From assembly GCA_002104905.1 (NCBI GenBank), contig MCFE01000317.1:32655-96654 (forward strand): a stretch of 64,000 nt of DNA, read 5' to 3'. Under the pieces are notes generated by a model. It saw only the letters and a program-made list of their open reading frames with translations, searched no databases and had not been told where the DNA came from. This DNA is from Basidiobolus meristosporus CBS 931.73. Its lineage: Eukaryota; Fungi; Basidiobolomycota. This document shows, one piece after another, positions 12,300 to 26,530 of this stretch. Position numbers and translations under genes: made by a program. Position 1 is the first letter of the stretch. Every line of letters starts with the position of its first letter.

Positions 12300-15200
12300 A
12301 TGCGGAAGGATTCGGTTTCCGAAGGCCCATCATTTTCAACGACACCAAGCATACTGAGCAACCGGATTCCACATAGCGCGGAGACACTTCTATCGAAACG
12401 CAACAAGCCTGAAGGTTTATATTATTTGGTGAAATGGCAGAATTGCCCAACTGAGAAATCGACCTGGGAACATGAATCGCAGTTGCCGCATTATTTCTCT
12501 TCCTTGAGCCAAGTTCAAGAAGAGGAGAACCTTTTGAACAAATCTCCATTCTTGTATACATTCGACAAGATCGAGACTGCTTGTAATCTAACCCTTGAAC
12601 AAAAAGTCTTTGCCTCTCTTGAAATGCAGATTGGCTTGCTTACAAGAACCACGCGATATTATCAAGAGCTCTTTGAAAAACTAATTTCCCCCAATGTCTC
12701 TACACAGGTCAAAGATAGCGTGTTATTGTTCTGCCTCGATTTATTCGAACCGAACGATGCTGATGACTCCTTTCTTGGCTTTGAGAGTGCCCCCTCAGCT
12801 ATTGCTCCATCCTACATCGAAAAGGTGACATCGGAAGATGAGAGTACAACGGCCGCAGAATCTGGCAATTCTGAATCAGATTCCCTATTTTCTTCTTCAC
12901 AGCACGACATCGAAGAAAGATCCTTGTTTGAGACTAGTACTCGTCGAAAAATTCGAAGACTACATAAAAATTCCAATATTCAACAGGACGATTCGGTGAA
13001 AGCATTGAGAGTTCTTGCTCGAAGTAAGACTAAAGGTGGAAAAGTAAAATTTCAATTGTACTGGAGTAATGGCACAACATCTTGGGTAGGTTAGGAGTGA
13101 ATTTCATGAACTCGGAGTCTATTCTATCAATTGATGTTGGTATTTACGTGTGTGTTGTTGCAGGTACCTATCTCGAAACTTGATCAGTTCATGCATCTGG
13201 TTGAAGAATATGAACATTTGGAGTTCAGTAAATACGATATGAGGTCACCTAAATCCACCAGAAGAAGGAGAACCTCACAACACAAGCAACGCTCTAATCA
13301 TCGGCATAGAGCAGACCCAAGTGTAGGCACCTTCAGCGACATTATTGCTGAATCGGATTGGTCTGAAGTGGAAACAGGAATATTGGATGCTAACTTTAAG
13401 CTATATCGTTCAAGCTGTAACTATTATTTGTATATACCATTGAATGATATTCGACACTAAAGGCTAATAATTCGAATATAGGTACCAATAATGCTAACCG
13501 GCTTACTCGAAGTCCAGAAGACAAAGAACGTTTATCGCACTCTCGCAAATCACCCTTACCTATAGTAAATCAGTTGTCAGATATGCGACATACCAATCGT
13601 ACAAAAGCCTCCATAAACTATTCTGATATGGGTTATTCTACTACTGACGAGAGTAGCTCGGATCTGGAGCCACCTATTTCCAGTGGACATGTTCAACCAC
13701 GCAATGTACATAACAAGGAATACATTATTTCTAATACGTCTCTAAAGACCCCTAATTCTTCGCCTATTGCACCGAAATACCCACAACGTACTTCTCTACC
13801 ACCTGAGCAAGAGCATGATGATCCTTGTATTTTGCAAGGAAAACCAAAATCCCAGACATACGAGAAGCCGTTCAAGCGCACTATAAATGCTCAGGGTAGT
13901 GCGCTTAAAAGTAGAAATTCCGGCACTACTGATGAAGAATTGCAAATATCCTCGAATTCTATAAATCCACACACAGAAAATATGCCAAAAGCCACCTTTT
14001 ACGCACAGAGCCACGATGCCGATACGAGGAAAGAAAGCACTATGAGCAACGAACAAGCACCTCCTGAAGCCAAGAGAGGTACAAAGACGTCTATCCAGAC
14101 TTTGCCTAAACACTTCCAAATACGCCTACCGAGCACAAAAATTTCACAGCACAGCTGTTGGAGAGAGGTGATGTGAACGAAGCTGATATCGCTCACATGC
14201 AGCATTATGAAAAGGAGGACATAGAGCTTAAACGTTGCTATATATGTGGAGATAATGGCGCTATTGGTGACATCTCGAATTTTCCGGATATAGATACCGT
14301 GCTAGATGATACACTTCTATCGTGTGATAGATGTTCGTTTATTGCCCACAAAAAATGCATTTGCTCAGCACTTGGAACTATCACACTTGAAAATGGAATT
14401 TGCCAGCGAGTGCTGCTGCATAGCGATAGCAGTGATGTGGAATCAGAATTGGCAAGCACCAGTACGATCACCGTATGGCACTGTGACAACTGTATAAAAT
14501 GGCCCAACGATATTGAGAGGATATTAACTTATCGTAAAAGCCAGGGTATCACAGAGTTTCAAGAGAGCCCAAAGAAGAAAACGAAAGCCACCAACAACCT
14601 TGGTTCTGAGACGGTTAGAGAGTACTTGGTGAAATTCAAAGGCTTATCCTACCATCAACTCGCGTGGGTTCCCTCGAGGTGGCTTCGTCATATTGCCCCT
14701 ATTCGCTATCGGAATTTTGAGAGGAAAGATATCGAGCCTCAAACGGTAGCCGACGTTGTTAAAGACCAGTGGTATTATGTAGATGAAATCCTAGACGCCC
14801 AATTATGCAAACCTGTAGTTGCTGCCTCTCCACAGGATGTATTAAGAATATACGCCAAATGGAAAGATCTACCTTACGAAGAGTCTACTTGGGATGATCC
14901 GCCAAAACCAGAATCCGTGTTTTACACCGCTTATGTCCAAGCTTTCAATCGGTACCTAGAATCGATGAAAATGGAAGCGTACACTTCAACGGATGTCAAA
15001 TCGCTGAGTTTTAAGGAGTTGCATTCCCAGCCGCCATTTATAAATAATGGAAAGCTAATGAAACATCAACTTGACGGTTTGAATTGGCTTCTTTATAAAT
15101 GGAAGAACCGTTGTTCTTGTATCCTAGCTGATGATATGGGCCTGGGGAAAACAATTCAAATCATATCATTTTTATCTGTACTTTATAATGCTCATGCTGT

Positions 15201-18200
15201 CCGTAATTTCCTGTTGGTGGTTCCGAACTCTGTAACCTCCAACTGGTTGAAAGAGCTTCTGAAATGGGCTCCGAATCTGATCGTTACCCCGTACTATGGA
15301 ACAAACACGAACCGCGATGTACTGCGTCGACACAAACTGTTCAAAAACAATGACGACAGGCCTGCTCAACTTAAGTGCCACGCAGTAGTAACTACCTACG
15401 AATCTATGATATCCGATGCAGACATCCTTTCCCGTATAGTACCATGGGAAGTGCTTGTTGTAGATGAAGGCCATCGACTGAAAAATGAAAGCAGCCGTTT
15501 ATTCGTTCAACTGAATAAGTTGACTGTCAGACACAAAATATTGTTAACTGGAACACCTCTGCAGAACGATATGAATGAGCTTTTTAACCTGATGAGTTTC
15601 GTTGATCCGAAGATATTCGCTCAAAAAGAAAAAATGGCAGTTGAATACCAGAAGTTGACTAAGGCGCGAGTCGAGGAATTGCACAGCATGCTAAAGCCAT
15701 ACTTCTTAAGGAGAACTAAAGAAGAAGTACTACAGTCCTTGCCTAAGAAGATTGAAGTTATCGTCCCAATAGGCATGAGTGCCGTACAGAAGGAGCTGTA
15801 CAAGGGAATCTTAAGCCAAAACCACGATCTGCTCAAATCTATTCTTGGTGTTGGGAAAGCCTCAGGCCCAATTCGTAAAACAACTCTTGTGAACACTCTG
15901 GTAGAGCTCCGAAAATGCCTCAATCATCCGTACTTGTTGGATGGAGTTGAAGAAACGGATGAATCTGCTGAGCTTGTTCAAGAAAGACTGGTCGCTGCCT
16001 CCGCGAAACTATCTCTTCTCCATCTGCTATTACCACGGCTTAAACAAGAGGGTCACAGAGTTCTTATATTCTCACAAATGACTCGAATGTTAGATATACT
16101 CGAAGACTATTTAACCTACGAAGGTTACAAATACTGTAGGCTTGACGGTGGTACTCCAAACGACTTGAGACAACAGCTTGTAGATGCTTACAATGAGCCT
16201 AATTCCGACCTTTTCATATTTCTACTTTCCACTCGAGCTGGTGGAGTTGGATTAAATCTGGCTACTGCTGATACCGTTATTATTTATGACCCCGATTTCA
16301 ATCCGCACGCCGATCTACAAGCTCTGAGTCGAGCGCATCGTATCGGACAGGAGAAGCGAGTGCTTGTTCTTAAACTTGTAACACGAAACTCTGCTGAGGA
16401 GCGCATTCTACAAGTCGGAAAGAAGAAATTGGTCATGGATCACCTGGTAATTGAGCGAATGGATAATAAAGATATGAAAAACTCGGAGGTCGACAGCATC
16501 CTAAGGTTTGGTGCAAAGGCTCTTTTTGCCGAGGATGTTGAGCCTGCCCAGACTACCATCAAGTACGACGAGAGCGCTATCACATCACTTCTGTCAAGAG
16601 TCGCAGAAGGTCCCGAAGCTGATCAAATCAGCATGGAGTCCGGTTCAAATGGATTCGGGTTTGCAAAAATCTGGTCCGGAGACGCCGCCGTTTTACAAGA
16701 AAATGACGAAGACTACTGGATACGAATCCTCCACAATAGGCTAGCCAAAACTGAGAAAAAGGAAGCCCCTCAATATGGCCGCGGCTCAAGGAAAAGAGTA
16801 AAGGTATGTACTTGTTCGGTCATTAACTGACGTTGCGATCTAAGAATTTGAACTATGTAGACAACTCGGGTACCTGATATGGCCATCGATACAGGTGAAG
16901 ACTCTTCTTCGTATATGGACGACGATGAGGAATCGAATACCTTGGATACTGAATATCCTGGAATAGCGGACAAATCCAAGCTTCAAAGTAAGCAAAGAAT
17001 GAAACCAAAAAGTGCAAGAAAAGTATTTAGCCCAGTATCAAAGCCGCCTTCTCTGGCACCAATATCAAGTGTTGGAGCGCAATCTGCTCGTACTGTAGTA
17101 GAAACTGCTTTGCTGAAAACCGACACAAATTTACAAACGTCGAGGCCTGAAGTTGGAATCATCGATCCTCGATCCAGGCCAAATTCACAACTGCCTGGAA
17201 CAAATATACCTCTCGACACACCTATCCGTTCCAATGCGGTTAGAACGCCTTCAACTTTCAACGCGATGACCCCTCGATATCTATCGTTCAATCCAACTCC
17301 TGCAAACCAGCCATTACTTAGTCGTGAAGAGATATTCCTGCATTTGACTTCGATTGGGGCTTACGATCCTTACACTAAACAATCTCTTGTAACCCCTTTC
17401 GTAATGCCCAACGGTGAGATCAAATATTTTGCACATGGTGCTGGCTATATGAACATGCAGCAAATGTTGATGTATGTTCGCCAAGTCAAGAATCGACTTC
17501 TTGGCCATGCTCGCACACCTCTCCCAAGTATTCAATCTCATGCGATATCCAATAGTGTTGGAAATGTCAGCGTGAACCATAACGTGTACAACAGGGGTAA
17601 TTCCCAACCAGCCACATATTCACGCACTGGTGCAGACTCATACCGTGGCGTAAATTCAACCACAAACCAGGCCTTGGACTTTCGCTTGAACTCGGCCTCA
17701 CATACGAATCTACCGTCTACCTCCAATATGCCTCTAGCTCTAAGCAGCCACCGAAGTCAACATGTTGACTCGCAAACCTATCGAGGTTCAACTTCAAACT
17801 CGGGCTATCCTTCTGTGGCTACCCCTACACAGCGAATCACAGGAAAACAGACTGTCTGTATGCTATGCTTTCTCCCTAACCATACGGATACAACGTGTCC
17901 ATATCGTCAAGATCTTGCTTGGCTTACTCGCCAATTCTCCGTAATCATAAATATCAAGCCAGCTGAGCTCCCTCGGAAGACCCTGGTTCTGAATCTTCTG
18001 AAGTATTATATATCCTTGGAAAGGCAGAAACAACTTCAAGGAACGAATCAGTCTGAATTGTCAGTTTGTGGATCAGCCAACCAATGTGGGCAAGCACAAT
18101 CGTCCAGACGCAGCACAGTCTCTGTAGGTTATCTCGATCAAAGCGCCAAGACATCGACACAAGCTCCCCCACGACTTCATTCGAATACTGTCGTGTTAGA

Positions 18201-18762
18201 TGATGATAGTCAACCCATAGGAATATATGCTCAGCTGGAATGCAAAATAACGAGCCCCTCGAATGAAGAGACAGTCGATCATCCAGTGTCTACCGCCACA
18301 ACTTCGAGTCAACCGGACATCAAAAATAGACGAGGATCAGGTGTAGCGGCAAAAGTTCAACCACAAACCACCTCTTCTGAACCGAATCTCGGTCCAAGAG
18401 ATGCATCACAACCGCTTGTAGCGTTAGATGATAAGATTGATTCGAACTCCGAGTCACAACCGACTATCGTATGTGAACAGCAAAAGTATCCAGAGTACGT
18501 CGACACTGCATCTACTTCAGAACATCAGGCCAATCCACCCACCCTTCCAGATAAACGAATAGAGCCACCCTTGTCACCAAGCAACTCATCGGTATCTATA
18601 CCTTCATCACATCGTTCGCTCTCACCTGATAGCAATCTTGGTGTCAATCCTCCACTGAAAAGGTCACTACAATCCGGAGTCTGTAAGTCACCGAAAAAAA
18701 GAGGAATCATCATTCCGATCCCGACCAACCGACCCCGAAAAGGGACTCCCTTCAATCTATAA
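12300..18762 (+). CDS. CHD/Mit1-like chromatin remodeler (chromo, PHD, tandem chromo, SNF2 ATPase, helicase C, CCHC knuckle)
   Basis: YYLVKWQN...STWEHE chromo; PHD CYICGD...CDRC...HKKC...WHCDNC; EYLVKFKGLSY and YAKWKDLPYEESTWD chromos; LADDMGLGKT, VDEGHRLKN, LLTGTPLQN, STRAGGVGLNL, RAHRIGQ; CMLCFLPNHTDTTCP. Inferred introns 13086-13163, 13417-13481, 14079-14149 and 16804-16860 join all ORFs in frame. Confidence 0.85.
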
Positions 18763-18974
18763 TCAAGTGTAGAAATCCCAGCTTCTTGCTTTGCAAAACC
18801 TTGGAAGCCACGTTCACTGGGTAAAACTACGCCAAGCAAATCTCAAATTATCCTAATTTTATTGACACTGTATAGTATATTATAATATTGATAGATCTCT
18901 ACTGGACGTTACATTGTTACTTTTCTAAAATAAACCTGACGTTAATGGCTCCAAAAGCGAAATCCTCTGTAAGG

Positions 18975-20699
18975 CTAGTCTTTGTTTGGCTTTGCGTCCA
19001 TGGAGACCCTAGAGAGTCTACGGGTACGCATTTTGCCTGTTCTGTCTTCGAATGCATGCAGCTCGTGTCTGGCCTCCGCGGTTTCGGAGTCTGATAGCTT
19101 TTCTTTTATCTCATCTTCGGAAGTCAACTCCTCCAGCTTGATATTGTTACCAAGATTAGAGTTTACAGTCATGGTGGAAGACCCCGAAGCTGCCCCGGGA
19201 GTCATGATGACGGCTGGCTCGTCAAGTACATCGAGGTGGCTCTTTTCGAAGAGCTTGGGTAAGACAAATTGCTTGACTGGTACCAGTAACAATATGAAGA
19301 CTGGGAACGAGATGGCGGCAGGGGATTCGGTGATGTAAAAGATCAAGGCGAGCAGTAACACTTGAACGATGGTAAACTTGGCCACAACCTTGTAGGGAAC
19401 ACTCACTGTCGCCCACAGCGGAGGGGTTAGCTTCTTATCAGTAAATATCAGCTTGACTCGGTTGGCAAGAGTATTGTCAACAAAGGACTCTAGGCCCATA
19501 TACAGGAAAAGCCCAGCAAGAACAGCACGTGGGATCAACCCAAGAACATGCAATATGGGCGGAAGAAGAGTGAGGCCAATTAAGAGGGATTGGAAGAGAC
19601 CAGACACGCGCTGCTCACAGACGTGGTCCACAAACTCAATTCCTTTGTCTTCGCTGCGCTTAATTTTGGATAGGGAGCGAACGTGAAGAGGCGCCTGTGG
19701 AATCAACCCATTTGGAGCTGGGATGCCAAGTATTCCAGAGATTAGGGTGCATATACCCAACATGAGAAAGTCGAAGTGGAACGCTGGCCCTTTGCGAAGG
19801 TGGAACTCCGGTCTTTGGGATAGAAGAGAGGATACATTGTGATCGAAGAAGAAGAGAACGGTCAACACGATGGCGGGAAGGATGGACGCAAATACCGCCC
19901 ACAATGGAAGCTCCCAGAAAGGCACCAACCAAGGTCGACCAGTCGTTGTCTGGAATGTATCTGGAACAGGAAGACGTGCGATCTCCAAGTTGGTGAGCTT
20001 TGGAAGATACGGAAGGGCGGTGAAAAGAACAATGGCAAAAGCGGCGGCGTAGTCGGCAATGATCCCCCGAATACCTTTCTTGAACAACGTCCACTTTCTG
20101 GCGCTTGCCAGATTGGTGGCAACGTAGAAAGTCCCAAGAGCCAACAACAGAGATAACAGGGCCTGGGCCATGGGACCGCCAGTGAAGTAGCTGACAATTT
20201 CCTGGACGGCTTTGACCACATAAATAACTGCTATCAAACAGCCGAATATCTCGCAGCTAAACTTGGTAATGTACTTCAGGAAGTTGCAACTATTGCAAAT
20301 AGCCAGAATGACATGAAACAAGGTGGCCCAAATGCTTGCCCAGGCCATAAATGGTAGAAACGCCACGTCCAACTGCTTACAGATATCAAAAACGGTCGCA
20401 GAGAAAATGGACACCGGGCCGGTAACGCCCATTATCACCAGCGGTTGTCCGGCAAAGATTGCAAATATTACGCCGCCCATGGCAGTTGAAAGAATTACCT
20501 CCACCACGCCATAGTTATTTTCTGTACTTTTGGATAGATCTGCTGCGAAGGTGATTGAAGGCAAAATGCTACAGAAGAACATAAATATTATTGACGCCAG
20601 AACCTTCGTCTGTAGGCCCTCTCTCCAGTCCGACCAATACAAGGGAAGCCTTCTCTTCAAATCACCCCGAATCCCCTCAAACAGATTGATTTTGTACAT
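18975..20699 (-). CDS. BOR1: Boron/bicarbonate transporter (SLC4, BOR1-like)
   Basis: KRRLPLYWSDW, LPSITF, IFAGQPLVIMGVTGP, FFFDHNVSS, GLIPQAPLH, EQRVS motifs. Intronless, 574 aa. Confidence 0.9.
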   Translation of the reverse strand: MYKINLFEGIRGDLKRRLPLYWSDWREGLQTKVLASIIFMFFCSILPSITFAADLSKSTENNYGVVEVILSTAMGGVIFAIFAGQPLVIMGVTGPVSIFSATVFDICKQLDVAFLPFMAWASIWATLFHVILAICNSCNFLKYITKFSCEIFGCLIAVIYVVKAVQEIVSYFTGGPMAQALLSLLLALGTFYVATNLASARKWTLFKKGIRGIIADYAAAFAIVLFTALPYLPKLTNLEIARLPVPDTFQTTTGRPWLVPFWELPLWAVFASILPAIVLTVLFFFDHNVSSLLSQRPEFHLRKGPAFHFDFLMLGICTLISGILGIPAPNGLIPQAPLHVRSLSKIKRSEDKGIEFVDHVCEQRVSGLFQSLLIGLTLLPPILHVLGLIPRAVLAGLFLYMGLESFVDNTLANRVKLIFTDKKLTPPLWATVSVPYKVVAKFTIVQVLLLALIFYITESPAAISFPVFILLLVPVKQFVLPKLFEKSHLDVLDEPAVIMTPGAASGSSTMTVNSNLGNNIKLEELTSEDEIKEKLSDSETAEARHELHAFEDRTGKMRTRRLSRVSMDAKPNKD

Positions 20700-20972
20700 T
20701 TCTTGTGAAGGGTAGAGTTGCGGTTCAATATACTATCAAGGCCTCTGTTGTAGAAGCGGCTAAGGCCCAGTGGGCTATCTCAGCCATTGGTTTTATGATC
20801 ATCATACAACTCTAAACCAATTCAGCAAAAGGGATATTCCAAAACGAGAATATTTTGAAGGATTTTATTATGACTATTTGGTATATCAATACCAAATTGG
20901 AATGGAAAAAAACCGAAATTGCCAGCGGCAAAGCCGATCGATTGCTGATGGGGAGATGAGTGGAGCAGGCAT

Positions 20973-21469
20973 CTAAACACCATATCGGGATTCATAGCAT
21001 TTCTTCGAGTAATAGCCAGCACCCAAAACACCAATAGTCCCTAGTGCCAATGGAAGAGGCTTGCGTGTGCGGATGCCACGAGGAAGCATGGCACCTGTAA
21101 GGAGGACAGAGGTTGCTAAGAGCATAAAGTGTTGAGAAAGGAATACTCGAGAGAGGTGAAGATTTCCCATGTACCTGCAGCAAGCTCCTCGCCATATTCA
21201 CGATTCTCTTTGAGTAAATATCTGAGCAAATTATGTCAGCATGTAAGCCATCCCGATCAAGGTAAAAACGCTATTACGTGGATACACCGAAGAGAGTGCC
21301 GAAGGTTAAACCGGCAATTAAGGAAGGCTTCGAGCGTCCTTTAAAATAACCAACGATTCCACCGATGGCACCTAGGAAACACCAAATAGTAAGAAAATGC
21401 TTTCCACGAGTACACAGAAGAGAGAGCACTACAGAGTCCGGCAAGAGTAGCAGTAGTATGGTGAGACAT
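20973..21469 (-). CDS. TMEM14-family small membrane protein
   Basis: Spliced product MSHHTTATLAGLCAIGGIVGYFKGRSKPSLIAGLTFG...AMLPRGIRTRKPLPLALG...YYSKK (three introns). Confidence 0.85.
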
Positions 21470-21930
21470 GGTTCGATGGATGTGGGGAAAGCATTTGGCA
21501 TGTATATATACACCTTGCCTATAGACAACCGAGGGGAGATGAGGATATTTTTTGCTAGGAATATTATCAAGTACTACCTAGCATCGCTATTTAGAGCGTT
21601 CCGCAATATCGTCGGCAAGGGTAGTTACGGGTGGGTAATTAGTGGGCATTTCGTTAGGCTCACTGTAGCTCATTGGTTTCCTAATGGTGGAAGCGGAACC
21701 CATATATATTCTTTGGTAGTCCCATTGATGTCAAAACGTGATTGATTAGTCATCTTGGTTGCCTTTTTTTTGTGAGGAAGATTGGAAATTGATTAAACTA
21801 ACTCTTGATTATTCATAACGAGGGTAAAAGTTTTAGAATGAGCTTCTGCGATTTCTCTGCTGGAAACCACAACACTATATTAATCTTTATTTAAGCTTGG
21901 TTCGTGACCTTTCTGCTTCGCGTAGTCGTA

Positions 21931-24900
21931 ATGGAAGGGAGACTAGTAAGAAACTACATAGTGAATCTTGGGGAGACCTCAGGAGAGGCTTCTTCTGTTC
22001 TGAAGGAGATCATCGAAGGTGCAATATTCCTGTGAATGGTTCTGCCTAGAGCTATGATGTCTAAACCATATTAATACACAGGCATCGATCTCGGCCAAAC
22101 GACACTGTTAAATCTTGTCCAGGCCTTAGAGGAATTTTTGACCAACGATGACAACTCTTTAAGAGCTAAAGGTGTGTATGCAGCCCGGAACTTTCCTCGA
22201 TGCGCCGCCTAATTTGATTTCAACCGTGCAACCCAGGAACAAACCTTCTCTCCACTGTTTTGGCCGCTTGCTCGAAGGAACAAGTAAACAGTAAAGCTGG
22301 TACTTAGGAATGTCAAAACACCTTATCGACGTTCACTCCTAATAGAAACCCTCTAGTCTCGGTTTTGCTAGGCTTCTATAGCGATAGATTGACCGATGCC
22401 AGTTGTCTTCACGAGCTGCTTAAAGGCTTGTTGGCATTGCAAAGGTTTAAGTGGTTTGGTTCCAGTGCCTCCGTCAAAAGCGCTGAAAGGTATGCGGTCT
22501 CTGTTTCTAGGTGGCATCGCAACAATAGTTTGACACAGTTGATAGCATCTTTGCTTCAGTCGACATGAATACTTTAACCCAAGCAACACGCCACGTCGTT
22601 TTCCAAATTCTTTACGGATTGCTGGAGAATCATATCACTAGTACTGTATAGATGCGTCCATATCTTGAACCGCAAAAGGTCGAAAACTTACGGCGCTTGA
22701 TATAGGCATCAAAACTATGAAGGAGCAGTTTGTCACTGGGTACTTGAATATTATGGACGGAGAAAAAGATCCACGGAACCTGATATTGGCATTCAAATCA
22801 GTCAAAATAATTATTGACAACTTCGATATCACCAACCAGGTCGAGGTGGGGGATCGGTGTTGCGTCAATCGCGGATGCTCTAGTGTAGCTAACATCATCC
22901 CATTATGTAGAGTCTCTTTGAAGTCACCTTCTGTTACTTCCCAATCACCTTCAAGCCACCTCCAGGTGACCCATACGGCATCACTGCAAGCGATTTGAAG
23001 TTAGCTTTGAGGTTAGCATCTCGGTCGACAGTTCTGTCGATATGTAACACCCACTAATGACCCTGTTTAGACAATGTTTGGCTGCAACACCTCTTTTCGC
23101 CAAACACAGTATGCCCCTTTTGTTGGATAAGTTGATGTCCACCTCTGGAAATGCTCAGGTTGGGAACATGTGCAACATAAAGTTTAACGACCATGGTATT
23201 CATGCTGGCGTTTGTAGTTGGATTCTCTGGAAACGCTCGCTCAGTGTATTCCTGTTTATGGTGCGGAAAGCATAGAATCTCATGTGTTGGAGCTGCGTGC
23301 GGCTTTGGAGGACGAGGTAAGGGCTCTCTTGATCCGGTGCCATTTGGACGAAAGTCTCAATGAGACTGTCTTTTTTAGCTTCTTGAGCTCCCACCTGTAG
23401 AGATGGAGAATATCGTTATGAGCGTGATCATCGTACTTGTCAGAACTCTGGCCAACAGCGAGCAGACTGATAAGCAGGTCTTGATGGAGTTCATCAATCA
23501 GAACATCCAGGATTCGATGGATGCGTTTAATGAGGCCGTCGTTCCTAAACCCAGAGCGGTTGGAAAACTTCTTAGAGCAACCGCAAGTGGTTCCAGTCAG
23601 TATTCTGCTTGCCATTTGCGCACTGCCCAATTGGACTAATCTTTTTATTCGCACCATGATAGCCCTGTCGAACCGCAAGGTCGTTGAAAGTATCGTGCCC
23701 TTTTTGACCGACTTGTACGGTCGCATAGAATTCACTGCCAAAAAGAACATCATTCTCGAAACCTTGCTGGATCTGATCGAAGCCAACAGAGAGCTCTACA
23801 GCATTGGTGACTCTCAGTCCAATCCTGCCGGCGAATCTACCCCGTTGATTGCTTTCAAGGATAAGCTTTTTGAGATATATTCAAGTGCGCTCAAGTCATC
23901 GAACGAACATAACGAATTAAGGTCCGTTGGTCTACGTGGGCTTTGTGCTATGGTTCTAGTGGACCAGCTTCTTTCTGATAATGAGGCTGGAGTTGCTGTT
24001 CAGCACATTGACTCTGCCCTCTTCGACGAGATTAGTCAATCTATTAGCCAAGAGGCACTCGATTCTCTAAATTCTATTGCCCCGTTGCGCCCTTATGTTA
24101 TTCGCAACATCACTTTGCACGATGTACTATCGGTATTGCCAGATACCAACGTGGAGGTTTCTTTGGGACAAAGAAAGAAAATTGAAAAAAGTCTCAAGTA
24201 TATCGAAAGCATTTGCATCGAGCCTGTGCTGTTCGAGGCTGCTACATCCAGCCTATTGCAATACTTTGAGAAATACACCGCCGAAGCTAGGAGCGATGGC
24301 ACACTCCCGTTCTTAGTCCTCTCCACCATTCGTGCAATTCTGAAGACCAAATACTCCAAGGGGCATTCGGATATATCCTTGGTTCTGAACTCCTTGGTTA
24401 CTCACCTGTATTCCATTGCTATTTCGAATGCGATCGAGAATCACCAAAGTCTTCTGGCCGACACGAACATCTTGACGGAGATCGCCAAGATCTCCAACCT
24501 CGTCTTCCGTAGCTTGGACGCACAGGAGCAAACTTTGTTCATCGAGAAAGTTTTCGAAGTGTTTTACAAAGGAAACACCAATTCCGTTGTTTTCAACATT
24601 GCTACACTGGGCGCCACCGAATTTTACCCTCTCAAGCCCTCTTCTTCCCTTGCTCAGACCAACCTCTCAATTCTTTTCACATCGATTCTCTGTTGCTTAC
24701 GAAAGGAGGTAAGACGTAACACACTACTGGTTGACGGCAAGCGTTTAATACGGGAATCCCTCTGATTAGGTTGCAATCCCTGTTGCAGATGTATCCGGAT
24801 TCCTCTCAGAATTGCTGGAGTCTGCAATGAGCAGTGATAATCTGTTTCAGCGACTTTCTCTCGCACAATGTGTTGGTTCGATAGTCAACAAATGGACTTC

Positions 24901-26096
24901 AGGTAAAGCTGGGCTAGCATATCTCTGTCTCCATTGAGGTTCCAATACTTATGTTGGATTTGCCCATAGCCAGTGACTTTGAAGGATTCGTAAAAGGGGA
25001 TATCAACAAGCTTCGCGAGATACTCTTGCATGCCGAGGATATCGCACTTCGTGTCAAGGCGCTTGAAATCCTGCAATGGGTATTGTTCCAATTGATTCGA
25101 TCGATCCTCCCCCAACATTCACTTACTTGCTGGACCCTTAGGTTTCTCGTGCCCTGGTATTAAGGACACATTCAGCAGGTTTCCAGCTCGCTACCGACAT
25201 GTGTGGTTTATTGAATCAAGCCCAGTTAGGCAAACAGGTGGCAAACGGATTCGAAACCCTCATTGGTGACAATGAGTGGGTCCTCGATAAATCCAGTTTC
25301 TGTACCGTCAGAGTGAGTAATTCTCGAGCCATTTATTCAAGGTTGACCATGTTGTTTACATCGCTTGTGTACACTAGCTTTTGCACAAGCAGAGATTCTT
25401 CAATCACTGTCTCCCGATGATTCTCGATGGGTTCACCAATTCTCCTGAAGGTAATAGAAAGCCCCATGCCCGTGGATCCATTGATATCATACTAAAAACC
25501 AGATCTAGGTGTCAAGGAGAATTACCTGATTGCATTATCTCAGATTTTGGTTAGCGTTCCCAAACAAGTGCTTCTGAGCTCGATCTCGTCGGTAAGCCAT
25601 TGATTTGTCCTAACCTGACTTGAGCCGTGCCCAATCCTAATGCGCTGTTACATAAGCTGCTCCCTCTGTTGTTGTCATCCTTGAACTTCCCTGAGGCTGG
25701 TCTCAAGGCATCGACCTTGCATACATTGAGCATATTGATTGAAGAGACCCCTCAACTTGTGACGGAGCATGTATCCACCATATTGCCACTTCTACTCCAG
25801 CTCACACTGCGTGAGAGCAGCAACAGCATGGTACGTTTCTATAAGTTGAGTGAAGGTTGAGGTGTAGCTTGATGACCAAAATTTTTACGAAACCAATGTA
25901 GGTTGTACGCATCAATGCATTGAAGTGCCTCTCACTAGTGGCTGGCAAGATCCCGTACGACGTTCTTCACCCTTACAAATCTCAGATACTGAAGGAGCTT
26001 CTGAAGCCAGTCGACGACACCAAACGTATAGTTCGAAAAGAAGCAGTGATCTGCAGAAACAGGTGGTTCATGCTTACCGGGCCCCCTACCCAATAA
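21931..26096 (+). CDS. MMS19: MMS19/MET18 cytosolic Fe-S assembly targeting factor (HEAT repeats), multi-exon
   Basis: IMDGEKDPRNL, VFCYFPITF-like exon, and C-terminal LLKPVDDTKRIVRKEAVICRNRW. Many short introns. Confidence 0.9.
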
Positions 26097-26530
26097 TCGA
26101 ACCCCCCATCCATGAATGATCTCGTTGTTTCTAGAATATATATTTATTGAGTAAAGACTAGTTGGATATTGACCATTTCATGGTGCGGACAAAAGCCAGG
26201 CGTACAAGTGGACCTGGACATTCGCAGGGTTGGCTTTGTTGGTGTGAGCCATTCTCCTGGGAGCGACACGTGATGGTCACCGATACGGATATCAAGTAAC
26301 GTTTATTGGGTACGAATTGTCATGCAAATTAGATTTGGCAGTGAATACAGATAGGAAAAAGCGAGTCATACTTCAGGGAACTAATTTCTAGATGGATCAG
26401 GAGAGTACAAAATCAATGAGAACCCTGCTTGTACATAAATATATACGTGAATGATGATCTATACACTATACAGTGGTATGGTGGGTTGATTTGCGTTCAT
26501 TGGTCCTACTCGATTGGATTTCACCAAGGA

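Noticed and set aside
14100-14160. Programmed frameshift in the remodeler gene
   Set aside because: A 71 bp GT-AG intron (14079-14149) restores the frame, and a sequencing indel is also possible. No slippery-site evidence.
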